Source: an uncultured Fidelibacterota bacterium (lineage in GTDB: Bacteria > Fidelibacterota > Marinisomatia > Marinisomatales > Marinisomataceae). From it: a DNA stretch of 64,000 nucleotides. Shown here in pieces: positions 40,328 to 53,297 of the stretch; within the stretch, counting starts at the first letter, position 1, and every line of letters starts with the position of its first letter. The DNA is taken from the NCBI GenBank assembly GCA_902599655.1, contig CACKGC010000002.1, positions 13,951-77,950 of the forward strand, in the 5' to 3' direction. The notes under the pieces are model-generated. The model was not told the origin of the DNA, searched no databases, and saw nothing but the letters and a program-made list of their open reading frames with translations. Made by a program: the position numbers and the translations under genes.

Positions 40328-41004
40328 AAATAACTAAATTTTCAAAATCAGTTAATGAGACATTAGATTCTTCAAAGCTTTACAGCACAGAAGAAGCTAT
40401 TAATATGTTGATGAGTTTTAAGAGAGAGTCATTTAATGAGTCAGTTGATGTTGCTTTTAACTTAGGGGTAGATCCTAGACATGCTGAAGAAAATATAAGA
40501 TTAAGTATTAATCTGCCTCACGGAATTGGAAAAGAGGTTTCAGTATTAGCAATAGTAAATGCAGATAAAGAGGCAGAGGCAAAAGATGCTGGTGCTGATT
40601 TTGTAGGTAAAGATGAATTCCTTGATAAGATTAAAGCTGGCTGGACTGATGTTGATAAAATTGTAGTTACACCAGATCTTATGGTTGAATTAGGTAAGCT
40701 AGGTAAGGTACTTGGACCCAAAGGTCTAATGCCAAATCCTAAATCTGGTACAGTAACAAATAATGTTGCTAAAGCCATCAAAGAGCTTAAAGCTGGTAAA
40801 CTTGATGCTAGAGTAGAAAAAAATGGTATTCTGCAATCTTCGATTGGTAAAACATCATTTACAGAAGAGCAATTAAAGGAAAATTTTAATACTCTTCAAG
40901 GTGCTGTTATGTCAGCAAAACCAAATTCATTTAAAGGTAAGTACTTAAAGTCTATTAGTATTTCTTCAACTTTAGGTCCAGGAATTAAGATAGGAACAGA
41001 ATAA
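40324..41004 (+). CDS. rplA: 50S ribosomal protein L1
   Basis: [29 protein letters not shown]. Confidence 0.98.
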   Translation: MKITKFSKSVNETLDSSKLYSTEEAINMLMSFKRESFNESVDVAFNLGVDPRHAEENIRLSINLPHGIGKEVSVLAIVNADKEAEAKDAGADFVGKDEFLDKIKAGWTDVDKIVVTPDLMVELGKLGKVLGPKGLMPNPKSGTVTNNVAKAIKELKAGKLDARVEKNGILQSSIGKTSFTEEQLKENFNTLQGAVMSAKPNSFKGKYLKSISISSTLGPGIKIGTE

Positions 41005-41006
41005 TT

Positions 41007-41522
41007 ATGCCAAGTAATAAAAATTTAGAAGCCGTTAAAAATTTAACAGAAAAATTAGATAAGGCTAACGCTATCTATTTCACTGATTATCTTGGATTAG
41101 ACGTAGTGAGCATTACCAAACTTAGAAAAGAATTTGTATCAAACGATGTAGAATTTACTATTGCAAAGAATACGTTAATAAAACTTGCTGCTAAAGATGT
41201 TGGTATGGAGGGGTTAGATGAATTTTTGAATGGTCCAACCGCTATGGCATTAAGTTATAATGATCCAACAGATCCTGCAAAAGTAATAAAGAATTTTTTA
41301 AAAGATTTTGATAAGCCTGCTGTAAAAGGTATGATATTAGATGGACAGGTTTTTCAGGGAGAAGAGTTTGAAAAAATTGCAAATCTTCCTTCGAAAGAAC
41401 AGTTATTGTCCAAACTTGTTGGAATGTTAAATTCTCCAATGTCTAAGCTTAGCAGCACATTAGGTAGTCCTGTATCTGGCTTATTAGGAGCACTTGAACA
41501 ATTAAACTCAAAGAAAGGGTAG
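41007..41522 (+). CDS. rplJ: 50S ribosomal protein L10
   Basis: DYLGL, AKNTL, GPTA, LPSKEQL. Confidence 0.97.
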   Translation: MPSNKNLEAVKNLTEKLDKANAIYFTDYLGLDVVSITKLRKEFVSNDVEFTIAKNTLIKLAAKDVGMEGLDEFLNGPTAMALSYNDPTDPAKVIKNFLKDFDKPAVKGMILDGQVFQGEEFEKIANLPSKEQLLSKLVGMLNSPMSKLSSTLGSPVSGLLGALEQLNSKKG

Positions 41523-41527
41523 TTAAA

Positions 41528-41908
41528 ATGAGCGTTAAAAGAGAAGATGTATTAAAATATCTTGAAGAAGCAAATATGATTGAAATATCTGAGCTTGTCA
41601 AAGATATAGAAGATAAATTTGGTGTTACTGCCGCTGTACCTGTTGCAGCTGCTGCTGCTGGAGGAGCTGCTGATGGAGCTGCTGAAGGTGGAGAAAAAAG
41701 TAGTTTTGATGTTGTTCTAGCAGCTGCTGGACAATCAAAAATCTCAGTAATTAAAGTTGTTAGAGAACTTTCTGGTCTTGGATTAAAAGAAGCTAAAGAA
41801 TTGGTTGATTCTGCTCCTAAGGCTGTAAAAGAAGGCGTCGCAAAAGATGAGGCTGAAACTATTAAGTCTCAACTTGAAGAGGCTGGAGCTACAGTAGAAT
41901 TAAAGTAA
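41528..41908 (+). CDS. rplL: 50S ribosomal protein L7/L12
   Basis: [29 protein letters not shown]. Confidence 0.98.
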   Translation: MSVKREDVLKYLEEANMIEISELVKDIEDKFGVTAAVPVAAAAAGGAADGAAEGGEKSSFDVVLAAAGQSKISVIKVVRELSGLGLKEAKELVDSAPKAVKEGVAKDEAETIKSQLEEAGATVELK

Positions 41909-41960
41909 TAGTACTAAAAAAGTATATATTAATTAACCAATTTTTTGGAGGTAATCTATC

Positions 41961-44900
41961 TTGAGAGTAGATAAGTTAAACAATAGACATAATTTTGAGA
42001 AAATAACAACTACCAATGAACTGCCAAATCTTTTAGATTTGCAAGTAGGTTCATTTCATGACTTTTTGCAGGAAAGTATCAATCCTAAAGAAAGAGAAAT
42101 GTTTGGATTGCATGAAGCTTTTGCTTCAATTTTTCCTTTGCAGGATAATCATGAAAACTATATTCTTGAATATAAAAGTTATACAATAGGTAAAGCTAGA
42201 TACACCCCCAGAGAGTGCTCTGATAGGGGAATAACTTACAGTGTACCTTTAACTGTTCAACTACGTCTCAAAATTACTGATGAAAAAGATAAAAAGAAGT
42301 TTGCTCAAGTAATTGATCAAGATGTTTACTTTGGTAATATACCTTACATGACAGATAAAGGTACTTTTATTATCAATGGAGCTGAAAGAACCGTTGTTAC
42401 TCAACTTCAAAGATCTCCAGGTGCATTTTTTGATCAAAAATTTCATCCAAATGGTGCAAAACTTTATAATGCTCGTATTATTCCTATTAGAGGTTCATGG
42501 ATAGATTTTACAACTGATATTAATGATATACTTTTTACTATCATCGATAGAAAAAGAAAATTCCCTGCTACAATGCTTTTAAGATCTTTAGGTTTTAGTT
42601 CAGATGAAGATATTTACAATGCTTTTGAATTAATTCTTGACCTTGATCCATCAAAAATTGATTTGGAAAAATTGAGTCATTATGTTGTTATCGAAGATAT
42701 TATTGATCATGAAACTGGAGAGCTTTTTGTTGAAAGTGGCAAAGAATTAAATGAATCAATAATTAGCACATTAAAGAAAAATAAAACAAAGTCTATCAAA
42801 GTTGTTGATGTTAGAAACAACATTGATAGTATGATGATTCATAATACAATTCAAAAAGATCCAACAAAATCTACTGAAGAAGCATTAATGAGAGTTTATT
42901 TACTTTTAAGAGGAAGTGAGGCTCCTAGTCCTGAATCTGCTGAAAAATTCATTAACAGAATGTTTTTCTTTCCAAAGAAATATGATTTAGGCCAGGTAGG
43001 TAGATATAGACTAGATAAACAATTTAATTTAAACAACTCTGGAAATGATTCAGTTCTTACACATGACGATTTTTTAATTACATTAAAATATCTAATTCAA
43101 ATGAGAAAAGGATTAAGAGCCCCAGATGATATTGATCATTTAGGAAATAGAAGAGTTAGAACTGTTGGTGAACAATTAAAAGTTCAGTTTAACTCTGCCT
43201 TAGCTAGAATGGTCAGAACTGTTTATGAAAGAATGAATCTTCGAGAATCAGAAACAATAACTCCTCAGGATTTGATTAATTCAAGGTTAGTAACTACAGT
43301 TATTAATACATTCTTTGGCACTAGTCAATTGTCCCAATTTGGAGATCAAACTAATCCATTAGCAGAAATAACTCATAAAAGAAGAATTTCTTCTTTAGGT
43401 CCTGGTGGACTTTCTAGAGAAAGAGCTGGTTTTGAGGTAAGAGATGTTCATTATACCCATTATGGTAGGTTGTGTCCAATTGAAACTCCTGAAGGACCAA
43501 ATATTGGTTTGATTTCATCTTTAGCATTAATGGCTAAAATCAATAGACATGGTTTCATTGAAGCTCCTTACAGAAAAATTGATAGCAAAAAGATTACAAA
43601 TTCTATCGAATATTTATCAGCTGATGATGAAGATAGAGCAAATATTGCTCAATCAGGTTTAGAGTCAGATAAAAATAATCTTATTTCAGAATCTAAAGTT
43701 AGAGTTCGTTCAAAAGGCGATTTCCCAATTGTAGATTCTGAAGATGTTCAATATTCAGATATTGTGCCAAACCAAATTCTTAGTGTAGCTGCTGCATTAA
43801 TTCCTTTTGTTGAGCATGATGATGCTAATCGAGCTCTAATGGGTTCAAACATGCAGCGTCAATCTGTACCATTGTTAAAAACCGATTCTCCAATAGTTGG
43901 TACTGGAATGGAAAAAGTTGTTGCTCGAGATTCAAAATCTGTTTTGCTTTCACCTGTTAGCGGAAAAGTTGTACATGTAGATGCAAATAAAGTAGTAATT
44001 AAAGATAGTAATTATAAAGATGGATCTCTTTTAAAAGCTGACGAAGATTTATGTACAGTTGATCTTATAAAGTATTCTAGATCAAACCAGAATACTTGTT
44101 ACAATCAAAAAGTACTGGTTAAAGTTGGTGATAATGTGAAAAAAGATGATGTTATCGCAGATGGAGCTTCTACACAAGGTGGGGAACTTGCTTTGGGTAA
44201 AAATGTTATGATCGCTTTTATGCCTTGGAACGGTTACAACTTTGAAGATGCCATTGTTATTAATGAAAGACTTGTAAGAGAAGATGTCTTTACATCAATT
44301 CACGTCAACGAAATTGAGCTTGAAGTCAGAGATACCAAGAGAGGTGAAGAAGAGTTAACACCTGAAATTCCAAATGTAAGCGAAGACGCAACCGCTCAAT
44401 TAGACGAAAATGGACTAATTCGTGTAGGTGCAATTGTAAACGAGGATGATATTCTTATTGGTAAAGTAACTCCTAAAGGAGAAACTGATCCATCCCCAGA
44501 AGAAAAACTTTTACGTGCAATTTTTGGTGAAAAAGCAGGAGATGTAAAAGATGCTTCTAAAAAAGCCGAACCTGGTGTAAAGGGTGTTGTTATCAAAACT
44601 GATTTATATGAAAAAACATCTAAGCAATCTAGGGCTGAAGTAAATAAAGCTATCAAAGAGCTTCAAAAAGATAAAAGAAATAATGAAAGAGAATTAAGAG
44701 CATCTAGAGATAAATTGTTAAGTGGAATTCTTAAAGATAAATCTTCTCTAGGTATAAAAGACAAAAACGATAAAGTGCTTGTTAAAAAAGGTACAAAATT
44801 AACCTTGAAAAAAATCAGCAGTTTTAATTTTGAACAATTTTCACTCGAAGAGCCTTGGATTTCAGGTCCTAAGTCTTGGGAAAAGATTAAATTGATTTTT

Positions 44901-45716
44901 GATTCATTTCATAAACATTTAAATGAATTAGAAGATAAGTTAGAAACTGACATTTTCAAGCTAAAAGAAGGTGATCAATTACAACCTGGAATTCTAAAGC
45001 TTGCGAAAGTATATGTTGCTAACAAGAGAAAAATTTCTATTGGTGATAAAATGGCTGGTAGACATGGTAATAAAGGTGTTATTGCGACGATAGTTCCAGA
45101 GGAAAACATGCCATATTTAGAAGATGGTACACCAGTTGATATTTGTTTAAATCCAATGGGTGTTCCTTCAAGAATGAACTTAGGACAATTGTATGAAACC
45201 ATGCTTGGCTGGGCAGGAAAAATTCTTGGAGAAAAATATGCAACTCCAGTCTTTAATGGAGCAACTCCAGAAGAAGTAGCTGCTAAAATGAAAGAGGCAG
45301 GTTTACCTGATTCAGGTAAGGTTACGTTGTACGATGGCTTAACAGGCGAAAAAATTGACAATCCAGTATTAGTTGGATATCAGTATATGATGAAATTATA
45401 TCATATGGTTGATGATAAAATGCATGCTCGTTCTACTGGTCCTTATTCTCTTGTTACTCAGCAACCTCTTGGTGGTAAAGCTCAGTTCGGAGGACAAAGA
45501 TTTGGTGAGATGGAGGTTTGGGCACTTCAAGCTTATGGTGCTGCTCATATATTAAGAGAGATTTTAACTATTAAATCTGATGATATAGAAGGTAGATCCA
45601 AGGTGTATAGCGCATTAGTAAAAGGTGAAGATTTACCAGATCCTACTACTCCAGAGGCATTTAACGTATTCATGAAGGAAATTCAAGGTCTCGGCCTTGA
45701 TATAACTTTAGATTAA
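41961..45716 (+). CDS. rpoB: RNA polymerase beta subunit
   Basis: GGAGG RBS + TTG; GRLCPIETPEGPNIG, GDKMAGRHGNKG, GGQRFGEMEVWAL. Confidence 0.99.
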   Translation: MRVDKLNNRHNFEKITTTNELPNLLDLQVGSFHDFLQESINPKEREMFGLHEAFASIFPLQDNHENYILEYKSYTIGKARYTPRECSDRGITYSVPLTVQLRLKITDEKDKKKFAQVIDQDVYFGNIPYMTDKGTFIINGAERTVVTQLQRSPGAFFDQKFHPNGAKLYNARIIPIRGSWIDFTTDINDILFTIIDRKRKFPATMLLRSLGFSSDEDIYNAFELILDLDPSKIDLEKLSHYVVIEDIIDHETGELFVESGKELNESIISTLKKNKTKSIKVVDVRNNIDSMMIHNTIQKDPTKSTEEALMRVYLLLRGSEAPSPESAEKFINRMFFFPKKYDLGQVGRYRLDKQFNLNNSGNDSVLTHDDFLITLKYLIQMRKGLRAPDDIDHLGNRRVRTVGEQLKVQFNSALARMVRTVYERMNLRESETITPQDLINSRLVTTVINTFFGTSQLSQFGDQTNPLAEITHKRRISSLGPGGLSRERAGFEVRDVHYTHYGRLCPIETPEGPNIGLISSLALMAKINRHGFIEAPYRKIDSKKITNSIEYLSADDEDRANIAQSGLESDKNNLISESKVRVRSKGDFPIVDSEDVQYSDIVPNQILSVAAALIPFVEHDDANRALMGSNMQRQSVPLLKTDSPIVGTGMEKVVARDSKSVLLSPVSGKVVHVDANKVVIKDSNYKDGSLLKADEDLCTVDLIKYSRSNQNTCYNQKVLVKVGDNVKKDDVIADGASTQGGELALGKNVMIAFMPWNGYNFEDAIVINERLVREDVFTSIHVNEIELEVRDTKRGEEELTPEIPNVSEDATAQLDENGLIRVGAIVNEDDILIGKVTPKGETDPSPEEKLLRAIFGEKAGDVKDASKKAEPGVKGVVIKTDLYEKTSKQSRAEVNKAIKELQKDKRNNERELRASRDKLLSGILKDKSSLGIKDKNDKVLVKKGTKLTLKKISSFNFEQFSLEEPWISGPKSWEKIKLIFDSFHKHLNELEDKLETDIFKLKEGDQLQPGILKLAKVYVANKRKISIGDKMAGRHGNKGVIATIVPEENMPYLEDGTPVDICLNPMGVPSRMNLGQLYETMLGWAGKILGEKYATPVFNGATPEEVAAKMKEAGLPDSGKVTLYDGLTGEKIDNPVLVGYQYMMKLYHMVDDKMHARSTGPYSLVTQQPLGGKAQFGGQRFGEMEVWALQAYGAAHILREILTIKSDDIEGRSKVYSALVKGEDLPDPTTPEAFNVFMKEIQGLGLDITLD

Positions 45717-45728
45717 AGGAAATTATAG

Positions 45729-48700
45729 ATGTATAAAGCAAAAAATAGTATTTCAATTAAATTAGCTTCTCCTGAAAAGATTCTTGAAGGATCTTTTGGT
45801 GAGGTATTGAAACCTGAGACAATTAACTACAGATCTTATAAACCTGAAAAAGATGGTTTATTTTGTGAAAAAATCTTTGGTCCAGTTAAAGATTTTGAAT
45901 GTCACTGTGGTAAATATAAAGGTATTCGTTACAGAGGTATTATTTGTGATAGGTGTGGAGTTGAAGTAACAACTAAAAAAGTAAGAAGAAACCGTATGGG
46001 GCATATTACTTTAGCTGTTCCAGTAGTGCATATCTGGTTTTTAAAATCAATTCCAAGTAAGCTAAGTTATATTTTAGGTAAAAGCGCAAAACAATTAGAA
46101 AGTGTAATCTATTATGAGAATTACCTAGTTATTAATCCTGGTAAAAGTGGTTATAAGAGATTTGAATTAATTGACGAGGAAGCTTTCCTTGAATTAGATC
46201 AAGAATTTGGATATGATGCTGCTTCTCAAGAAGAAAGAGAAGAAGAATCATATTTCCAGGCTTCCATGGGTGGAGAAGCTATTAAAGATGCTCTTGCTGA
46301 AATGGACTTATTAGAGCTTAAACAGGAGCTAGAAACAATAAGTTCAACAACAAAATCAAAGCAAAAAAGAGAAGACGCGCTCAAAAGACTAAAAGTTGTA
46401 AAAGATTTTGCTCAAGATAGAAACAACAAGCCTGAATGGATGATCGTTTCTATTTTGCCTGTAATGCCACCTGAATTAAGACCTTTAGTTCCATTAGAGG
46501 GCGGACGATTTGCTGCAAGTGATCTTAATGACTTGTACAGAAGAATTATTATTAGAAATAATAGATTAAAGCAATTAATGGATATTCAGGCACCTGAAGT
46601 AATTTTAAGAAATGAAAAAAGAATGCTACAAGAGTCTGTTGATGCACTTTTTGATAATACAAAACGTAAAACCGCAATTAGAAGCGGTTCAAAGAGACCA
46701 TTGAAGTCAATTTCTGACATGCTGAGAGGTAAGCAGGGTAGATTTAGACAAAACCTTCTTGGTAAAAGAGTTGATTATTCTGGAAGATCAGTTATTGTAG
46801 TTGGTCCAGAATTGAGAATGACTGAATGCGGTATTCCAAAGAATATGGCATTAGAATTATTTAAACCTCACTTAATAAGAGAATTAATAAGAAGAGATTT
46901 AGCTGCAACACCGAGAAGTGCAAAACTAATGATTGAAAATAAAGAATCATTTGTTTATGAAATTCTTGAAAGTGTTGTTAAGGATCACCCAGTATTATTA
47001 AATCGTGCTCCTACACTTCATAGATTGGGAATTATTGCTTTCCAACCAATTCTTATTGATGGTAAAGCTATTCGAGTCCATCCACTTGTATGTTCAGCTT
47101 TCAATGCTGACTTCGATGGAGACCAAATGGCTGTTCATGTTCCATTGTCAATACCTTCACAATTAGAAGCAAGAGTATTGATGATGGCAAGTCAGAATGT
47201 TTTACATCCAGCTAGTGGAAAACCTATTACATTACCTTCTCAAGATATGATTTTAGGTTGTTACTATCTAACTAGAGACAAAAAAGGGCAGATTGGTGAG
47301 GGAATGTCATTTGGATCAATTGACGAAGTTAAAATTGCTCATGATAATGGCAAGGTTGGTATGCATGCAATTATTAACGTTAGACATAATGGCATATGGC
47401 ATAAAAATACTACTGCAGGAAGAGCAATATTTAATTCCATTATCCCAGATGAATTAGGCTATTATGATGAAATTGTTTCTAAGAAAAAACTTAGTTTTAT
47501 CATTGGCGAATCTTTTGTAAAAGCAGGAAATCAACGTACAGTCCAATTGCTTGATGATCTTAAAGATATTGGTTTCAAAACTGCTACTATGAGCGGAGTT
47601 TCAATTTCAATAAGCGATGTTATCATCCCTGATGCAAAGCATGATATAATTGACAGAGCAGAGCAAGAAGTAGATAAAATACAACAGCGTTTTGATAGAC
47701 ATGTCTTGACGGAGGGTGAAAGATATAATAAAGTTATTGATGTTTGGACAAAAGCTACAAGTGATGTGGCAGATGTGATGATGGATGGTTTAAGATCAGA
47801 TGATCAAGGTTTTAATGCATTATATATTTCATCTGATTCAGGAGCTCGAGGTAGTGGTGACCAAATCAAACAGCTTGCAGGTATGAGAGGGTTAATGGCT
47901 AAGCCAAGAAAATCTATGATAGGCGGTGGTGAAATTATTGAGAGTCCAATTCAGTCTAACTTTAAAGAAGGTCTTTCTGTGATGGAGTATTTTATATCTA
48001 CTCACGGTGCTAGAAAAGGTTTAGCTGATACAGCTCTTAAGACTGCAGATGCTGGTTATTTAACAAGAAGACTGGTTGATGTTGCGCAAGACGTTACTAT
48101 CTATGAAGATGATTGTAAAACAATTAATGGAATTACCGTATCTGACCTTAAAGAAGGTGAAGAAATTGTTGAATCACTTGGAGAGCGTATCTTAGGAAGA
48201 ACTTCTTCTGAAAAAATAGTTATTGATGGTGAAGTTGTTGTTAAGCCTGGAGATATTTTTGATGAAAAGTTGGCTGATCTTATAGTTGAAAATAATTTTA
48301 ATAGTGTAAAAATAAGATCAATTCTTACATGCGAATCTAGAAGAGGTGTTTGTGCCAAATGTTACGGTTGGGATTTAACTAGAAGAAAGCTTGTTACAAA
48401 AGGTACAGCTGTTGGTATTATTGCTGCCCAAAGTATTGGAGAGCCAGGAACACAGTTAACTCTTAGAACTTTCCATATTGGTGGTACAGCTACTCGTATT
48501 GCTGAGGAATCTGATAAGAAGTCACGATTTAATGGTACTGCTAAGTTTACTAGCGACTATGAACCGGCTGAAACTTTAGATGAAGATGGATTTAATGTTG
48601 TAAGATGTTTATCAAGAAGTTCAAAATTATCAATTGTTGATTCAAAAGATAATGTTTTAGATGAATTAAATGTTCCATACGGAGCAAATGTAAATGTTAA

Positions 48701-49916
48701 TGAAGGTGACAAAGTCAAGAAGGGCATGACTCTTTTTTCTTGGGATCCTTATACAGACTTAATTCTTGCAAGACAGTCTGGAGTTATTAAAATGAAAGAT
48801 TTCATTGAAGGCGATACTTATCAAGAAGAAGCTGTTGACGGTGGTAAAAAACAGAAAGTTGTTACAGAGTCAAAAGATAGAAGATTAAGTCCGCAAATTG
48901 AAATTTACAGCAAAAAAGGTGATATTTTATCTGGGGGAACTATTCTACCAGTTAAAGCTACTTTGGTTGTAAATGATGGCCAAGATGTCGCTAAAGGACA
49001 AACATTAGTTAAAATTCAAAAAGACGTAGGAAAATCAAGAGATATTACTGGAGGTCTTCCTAGAGTTGCTGAATTATTTGAAGCAAGAAAACCTGCAAAT
49101 CCAGCAGTTGTAACTGAGATTAATGGTACTGTTGAATTCGGAGAAATTAAAAGAGGAGTTAGAAAGGTATCAGTGGTACCTGCTAATGGTAAGTCAATTA
49201 CATATAAAATTCCTTACGGTAAACATGTTGTTGTCCATGAAGGAGATTTTATCACAGCTGGTACTCCATTATGTGAGGGAGCTATTTCTCCATCTGACAT
49301 TTTAACGATTCTTGGTCCAAATGCTGTTAGAGAGTATTTGGTAGATGAAATACAAGAAGTTTATAGACTTCAAGGCGTTGGAATTAACGATAAACATATT
49401 GAAGTAATTGTTAATCAGATGATGAAGAAAGTTGTAATCAACGATCCTGGTGATAGCAAATATCTCCCTGGAGAAAGATTAGATAAGCAGGATTTATTTG
49501 CAGATAATGATAGTATGAAAGGTATGGTAGTCATTGATGAATCTGGAGATTCAAACCTCGATGTAGGAACTATGATTTCACAAAACGAAGTTAAAGAGAT
49601 GAATAAAGATTTAAAGTCTCAAGATAAAAACGTTATCAAGTTCCATAAAGCTAAACAAGCTACCTTTGAACCAATTTTAATGGGAATTACTCAATCATCG
49701 TTAAATACAAATAGTTTTATATCAGCTGCTTCATTCCAAGAAACAACAAGAGTTTTGACGGATGCTGCTACAGCATCAAAAACAGATCATCTATTAGGTT
49801 TAAAAGAAAACGTTGCATTAGGAAGGTTGATTCCTGCTGGAACAGGTTTCCCTGAGCTTGATAAAGTTAGGCTAACCAAGGATGAAGAATCTGATATTGT
49901 TGAAGAGCAAAGTTAG
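45729..49916 (+). CDS. rpoC: RNA polymerase beta' subunit
   Basis: Zn ribbon CHC...[19 protein letters not shown]. Confidence 0.99.
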   Translation: MYKAKNSISIKLASPEKILEGSFGEVLKPETINYRSYKPEKDGLFCEKIFGPVKDFECHCGKYKGIRYRGIICDRCGVEVTTKKVRRNRMGHITLAVPVVHIWFLKSIPSKLSYILGKSAKQLESVIYYENYLVINPGKSGYKRFELIDEEAFLELDQEFGYDAASQEEREEESYFQASMGGEAIKDALAEMDLLELKQELETISSTTKSKQKREDALKRLKVVKDFAQDRNNKPEWMIVSILPVMPPELRPLVPLEGGRFAASDLNDLYRRIIIRNNRLKQLMDIQAPEVILRNEKRMLQESVDALFDNTKRKTAIRSGSKRPLKSISDMLRGKQGRFRQNLLGKRVDYSGRSVIVVGPELRMTECGIPKNMALELFKPHLIRELIRRDLAATPRSAKLMIENKESFVYEILESVVKDHPVLLNRAPTLHRLGIIAFQPILIDGKAIRVHPLVCSAFNADFDGDQMAVHVPLSIPSQLEARVLMMASQNVLHPASGKPITLPSQDMILGCYYLTRDKKGQIGEGMSFGSIDEVKIAHDNGKVGMHAIINVRHNGIWHKNTTAGRAIFNSIIPDELGYYDEIVSKKKLSFIIGESFVKAGNQRTVQLLDDLKDIGFKTATMSGVSISISDVIIPDAKHDIIDRAEQEVDKIQQRFDRHVLTEGERYNKVIDVWTKATSDVADVMMDGLRSDDQGFNALYISSDSGARGSGDQIKQLAGMRGLMAKPRKSMIGGGEIIESPIQSNFKEGLSVMEYFISTHGARKGLADTALKTADAGYLTRRLVDVAQDVTIYEDDCKTINGITVSDLKEGEEIVESLGERILGRTSSEKIVIDGEVVVKPGDIFDEKLADLIVENNFNSVKIRSILTCESRRGVCAKCYGWDLTRRKLVTKGTAVGIIAAQSIGEPGTQLTLRTFHIGGTATRIAEESDKKSRFNGTAKFTSDYEPAETLDEDGFNVVRCLSRSSKLSIVDSKDNVLDELNVPYGANVNVNEGDKVKKGMTLFSWDPYTDLILARQSGVIKMKDFIEGDTYQEEAVDGGKKQKVVTESKDRRLSPQIEIYSKKGDILSGGTILPVKATLVVNDGQDVAKGQTLVKIQKDVGKSRDITGGLPRVAELFEARKPANPAVVTEINGTVEFGEIKRGVRKVSVVPANGKSITYKIPYGKHVVVHEGDFITAGTPLCEGAISPSDILTILGPNAVREYLVDEIQEVYRLQGVGINDKHIEVIVNQMMKKVVINDPGDSKYLPGERLDKQDLFADNDSMKGMVVIDESGDSNLDVGTMISQNEVKEMNKDLKSQDKNVIKFHKAKQATFEPILMGITQSSLNTNSFISAASFQETTRVLTDAATASKTDHLLGLKENVALGRLIPAGTGFPELDKVRLTKDEESDIVEEQS

Positions 49917-49976
49917 ATTATTAAGATTATGATTTTTTAGTCCAATTTGAATAATCCTACGCGTAGAAGAAAAAGT

Positions 49977-50005
49977 TTGATTCTTCCGTGTTATAACGAT
50001 ATATT
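49977..50005 (+). promoter_or_regulatory. Candidate sigma-70-type promoter of the str-S10-spc cluster
   Basis: TTGATT-N17-TATATT followed by GC-rich CGCCCGG; AAGGA RBS before rpsL. Confidence 0.6.
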
Positions 50006-50038
50006 CGCCCGGACTTTTAAATATAAAAGGAAATATAT

Positions 50039-50413
50039 ATGCCAACTGTAAATCAGTTAATAAGAAAGAGTAGAAAGAAAATAGTCAATAAATCGGCTAG
50101 TAGAGCGCTTGAGAAAAGCCCTCAAAAGAGAGGTGTGTGTACTCGTGTTTATACTACTACTCCTAAGAAGCCTAATTCTGCGCTTAGAAAAGTAGCAAGA
50201 GTCAGATTAACTAATGGTATTGAAGTTAATGCATATATTCCTGGTGAAGGACACAACCTTCAAGAGCACTCAATTGTATTAATTGAAGGCGGTAGGGTTA
50301 AAGACCTTCCAGGTGTTAGATTTCATATTGTTCGTGGTTCACTGGATACTGCAGGTGTAAATGATAGAAAAACAAGTAGATCTCGTTACGGAGCTAAGAA
50401 ACCTAAGAGTTAA
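50039..50413 (+). CDS. rpsL: 30S ribosomal protein S12
   Basis: [21 protein letters not shown]. Confidence 0.99.
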   Translation: MPTVNQLIRKSRKKIVNKSASRALEKSPQKRGVCTRVYTTTPKKPNSALRKVARVRLTNGIEVNAYIPGEGHNLQEHSIVLIEGGRVKDLPGVRFHIVRGSLDTAGVNDRKTSRSRYGAKKPKS

Positions 50414-50415
50414 TA

Positions 50416-50889
50416 ATGAGAAGAAGAAGACCAGAAAGAAGAACAATTAATCCAGATCCTAAGTTTAATGACTTACAAATTTCTAAGTTTATGAATTATC
50501 TCCTTACAGATGGTAAGAAAGGTATTGCAGAAAAAATTTTATATGATGCCTTTGATATAGTTCAAGATAAAAGTAAAAAAGATCCTATTGATATTTTCAA
50601 GAAGGCTCTTAATAATGCATCTCCTCATGTCGAGGTAAAATCAAAAAGAATTGGTGGTGCTACATATCAAGTACCAATTGAAGTTCCTTCCAGAAGACAG
50701 TTTTATCTTGCTTCGCAGTGGATTATTGAAAGTGCTAAAAAAAGATCTGGTAGTTCGATGTCTAATAGACTAGCTGGAGAAATTTTATCTGCATCTAACA
50801 ATGAAGGTTCTGCCATTAAGAAAAAAGAAGATACGCATCGTATGGCTGAGGCAAATAAAGCATTTGCTCATTTTGGGAGAGGTAGATAA
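50416..50889 (+). CDS. rpsG: 30S ribosomal protein S7
   Basis: [22 protein letters not shown]. Confidence 0.99.
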   Translation: MRRRRPERRTINPDPKFNDLQISKFMNYLLTDGKKGIAEKILYDAFDIVQDKSKKDPIDIFKKALNNASPHVEVKSKRIGGATYQVPIEVPSRRQFYLASQWIIESAKKRSGSSMSNRLAGEILSASNNEGSAIKKKEDTHRMAEANKAFAHFGRGR

Positions 50890-52973
50890 TGTCAGCTGAT
50901 TTAAAAATCGTTAGAAATATTGGAATTATGGCTCATGTTGATGCTGGAAAGACCACTTTAACAGAAAGAATGCTCTATTATGCAGGTAAAACTCATAAAA
51001 TTGGTGAGGTTCACGACGGGGCAGCTACAATGGATTGGATGGAGCAGGAGCAAGAAAGAGGTATTACTATTACATCTGCTGCTACAACTTTTTACTGGAA
51101 TAAAAATAGAGTCAATTTAATTGATACACCTGGTCACGTTGATTTTACAATGGAAGTAGAAAGGTCTCTTAGAGTACTGGATGGAGCTGTAGCGGTATTT
51201 TGTGCAGTTGCTGGTGTAGAGCCACAAAGTGAAACTGTTTGGCGTCAAGCAACAAAATATGATGTTCCTAGAATAGCATTTATTAATAAAATGGATAGAG
51301 TTGGTGCAGATTTTTACAATGCTATTGATACCATGAAAAAAAGACTTGGTGCTAAGCCATTGCCAATTGCACTTCCTATTGGAGCAGGTGAAGATTTTAG
51401 AGGAATTATAGATTTAACTAATATGAAAGCTATTCAGTATAATGAAAGCTCTCAAGGTGCTGAATTTGAATTCATTGATATTCCAGACGAATTAAAAGCT
51501 GATGCTGATAAATGGAGAAACTTTTTAGTTGAAGAAGTTGCAAGTTTTGATGATACGTTAATGGAAAAATATTTAGAGGGTGAAGAAATATCTCCTGATG
51601 AGATTAAAGACGCTTTGAAAAAAGGATGTCTGGAGAGTGCTTTTGTTCCAACTTTATGCGGATCAGCATTTAAAAACAAAGGTGTGCAAAGAGTATTAGA
51701 TGCGGTTATAGACTTTCTTCCTTCTCCAACAGACGTAGGAAGCATTCAAGGATCATCTGTTGATAATCCTGACGATAGTGTAGAAGTTAAGAATTCTGTT
51801 GATGGTTCATTCACTGCTCTCGCATTTAAAATTGCAACTGACCCATTTGTAGGAAAATTAACTTATATCAGAGTATATTCTGGTTCTTTGAAAAAAGGTT
51901 CTTTCTGTATCGATTCAAATACTGGCGAAAAACAAAGAGTTTCAAGAATTCTCCAGATGCACGCTAACAAAAGAGAAGAGTTAGATGAAGCTAAAGCAGG
52001 AGAAATTGTTGCTGTTATCGGATTAAAAGATGTTAGAACTGGACATACCTTATCAGAAAAAGGCGATGTTACTTTAGAATCCATGGAGTTTCCTGATCCT
52101 GTTGTTTCTGTATCAATAGAACCTGTTTCTAAAGGCGACCAAGATCAGTTAGCAAAAGGAATGAATAAATTAAGCGAAGAGGACCCAACCTTTAAAGTAA
52201 AAGTTGACAATGAAACTGGTCAGACTGTTATTTCAGGTATGGGTGAGGTTCATTTAGAAATTATTATTGATCGCTTGAAAAGAGAATTTAATGTAAATGC
52301 CAATGTTGGTAAGCCACAAGTATCATTCAGAGAAGCAATTCAAAAACCAGTTGATAAAATTGACGAAAAATTTGTTCGACAATCTGGTGGTAGAGGGCAA
52401 TATGGCCATGTAGTAATTAATGTAAAACCAACTGCGCAAGGTGAAGGATATAAATTTATTAACAGTATCGTTGGTGGTGTAATCCCTAGAGAATACATTC
52501 CAGCAGTCGACGCAGGTATCCAAGAGCAGTTAAAAAATGGTGTCTTATACGGTTATCCAATCCCTGATGTTGAAGTTGAATTAGTGTTTGGTTCATATCA
52601 TGATGTTGATTCTTCTGAAATTGCATTCAAAGTTGCTGGCTCAAGAGCAATAGCAAAGGCTTGCAAGTCTGCTAATCCTATATTGATGGAGCCAATAATG
52701 GCTGTAGAAGCAACTACGCCAGATGACTATTTAGGCGATGTTATTGGCGATATTAACTCTAGAAGAGGTAAAGTTGAGTCAATGGAGCAGCAAGGTACTA
52801 ATCAGCAGATTAAGGCCGCAGTTCCTTTGAGTGAAATGTTTGGATATGCAACTGATTTAAGATCTCTTTCACAGGGTAGAGCGAATTTTCATATGGACTT
52901 TAGTGAATATGCAAAAGTACCTGCTTCAATTACAGAAAAATTGATGAAAACAGAAGCAAAGGACGGAGAGTAA
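50889..52973 (+). CDS. fusA: Elongation factor G
   Basis: [34 protein letters not shown]. Confidence 0.99.
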   Translation: MSADLKIVRNIGIMAHVDAGKTTLTERMLYYAGKTHKIGEVHDGAATMDWMEQEQERGITITSAATTFYWNKNRVNLIDTPGHVDFTMEVERSLRVLDGAVAVFCAVAGVEPQSETVWRQATKYDVPRIAFINKMDRVGADFYNAIDTMKKRLGAKPLPIALPIGAGEDFRGIIDLTNMKAIQYNESSQGAEFEFIDIPDELKADADKWRNFLVEEVASFDDTLMEKYLEGEEISPDEIKDALKKGCLESAFVPTLCGSAFKNKGVQRVLDAVIDFLPSPTDVGSIQGSSVDNPDDSVEVKNSVDGSFTALAFKIATDPFVGKLTYIRVYSGSLKKGSFCIDSNTGEKQRVSRILQMHANKREELDEAKAGEIVAVIGLKDVRTGHTLSEKGDVTLESMEFPDPVVSVSIEPVSKGDQDQLAKGMNKLSEEDPTFKVKVDNETGQTVISGMGEVHLEIIIDRLKREFNVNANVGKPQVSFREAIQKPVDKIDEKFVRQSGGRGQYGHVVINVKPTAQGEGYKFINSIVGGVIPREYIPAVDAGIQEQLKNGVLYGYPIPDVEVELVFGSYHDVDSSEIAFKVAGSRAIAKACKSANPILMEPIMAVEATTPDDYLGDVIGDINSRRGKVESMEQQGTNQQIKAAVPLSEMFGYATDLRSLSQGRANFHMDFSEYAKVPASITEKLMKTEAKDGE

Positions 52974-52979
52974 TCAATC

Positions 52980-53288
52980 ATGGCTAAAGATTTAATTAGA
53001 ATTTCATTAAAAGCTTACGATCACAAGTTGCTCGATAAGTCAGCTGAAAAAATTATTAGAACTGCAAAGTCAACTGGAGCTATTATTTCAGGACCAATTC
53101 CTTTGCCAACTAAAAGAACTGTATATACTGTTTTAAGATCACCTTTCATTGATAAAAAATCTAGAGAGCAGTTTCAAACAAAAGTTCATAAAAGAGTTGT
53201 AGATATTGTTAATTCAACACCTAAGACTGTGGAGTCTTTAATGAAATTAGATCTTCCATCAGGTGTAGATATTGAGATTAGAGGATAA
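52980..53288 (+). CDS. rpsJ: 30S ribosomal protein S10
   Basis: LKAYDH, GPIPLPT, SREQF. Confidence 0.98.
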   Translation: MAKDLIRISLKAYDHKLLDKSAEKIIRTAKSTGAIISGPIPLPTKRTVYTVLRSPFIDKKSREQFQTKVHKRVVDIVNSTPKTVESLMKLDLPSGVDIEIRG

Positions 53289-53297
53289 GTAGATAAA

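Noticed and set aside
41931-41956. Weak hairpin (CCAA-TTTT-TTGG) over the rpoB Shine-Dalgarno
   Set aside because: Stem too short and AT-rich to support a regulatory call.
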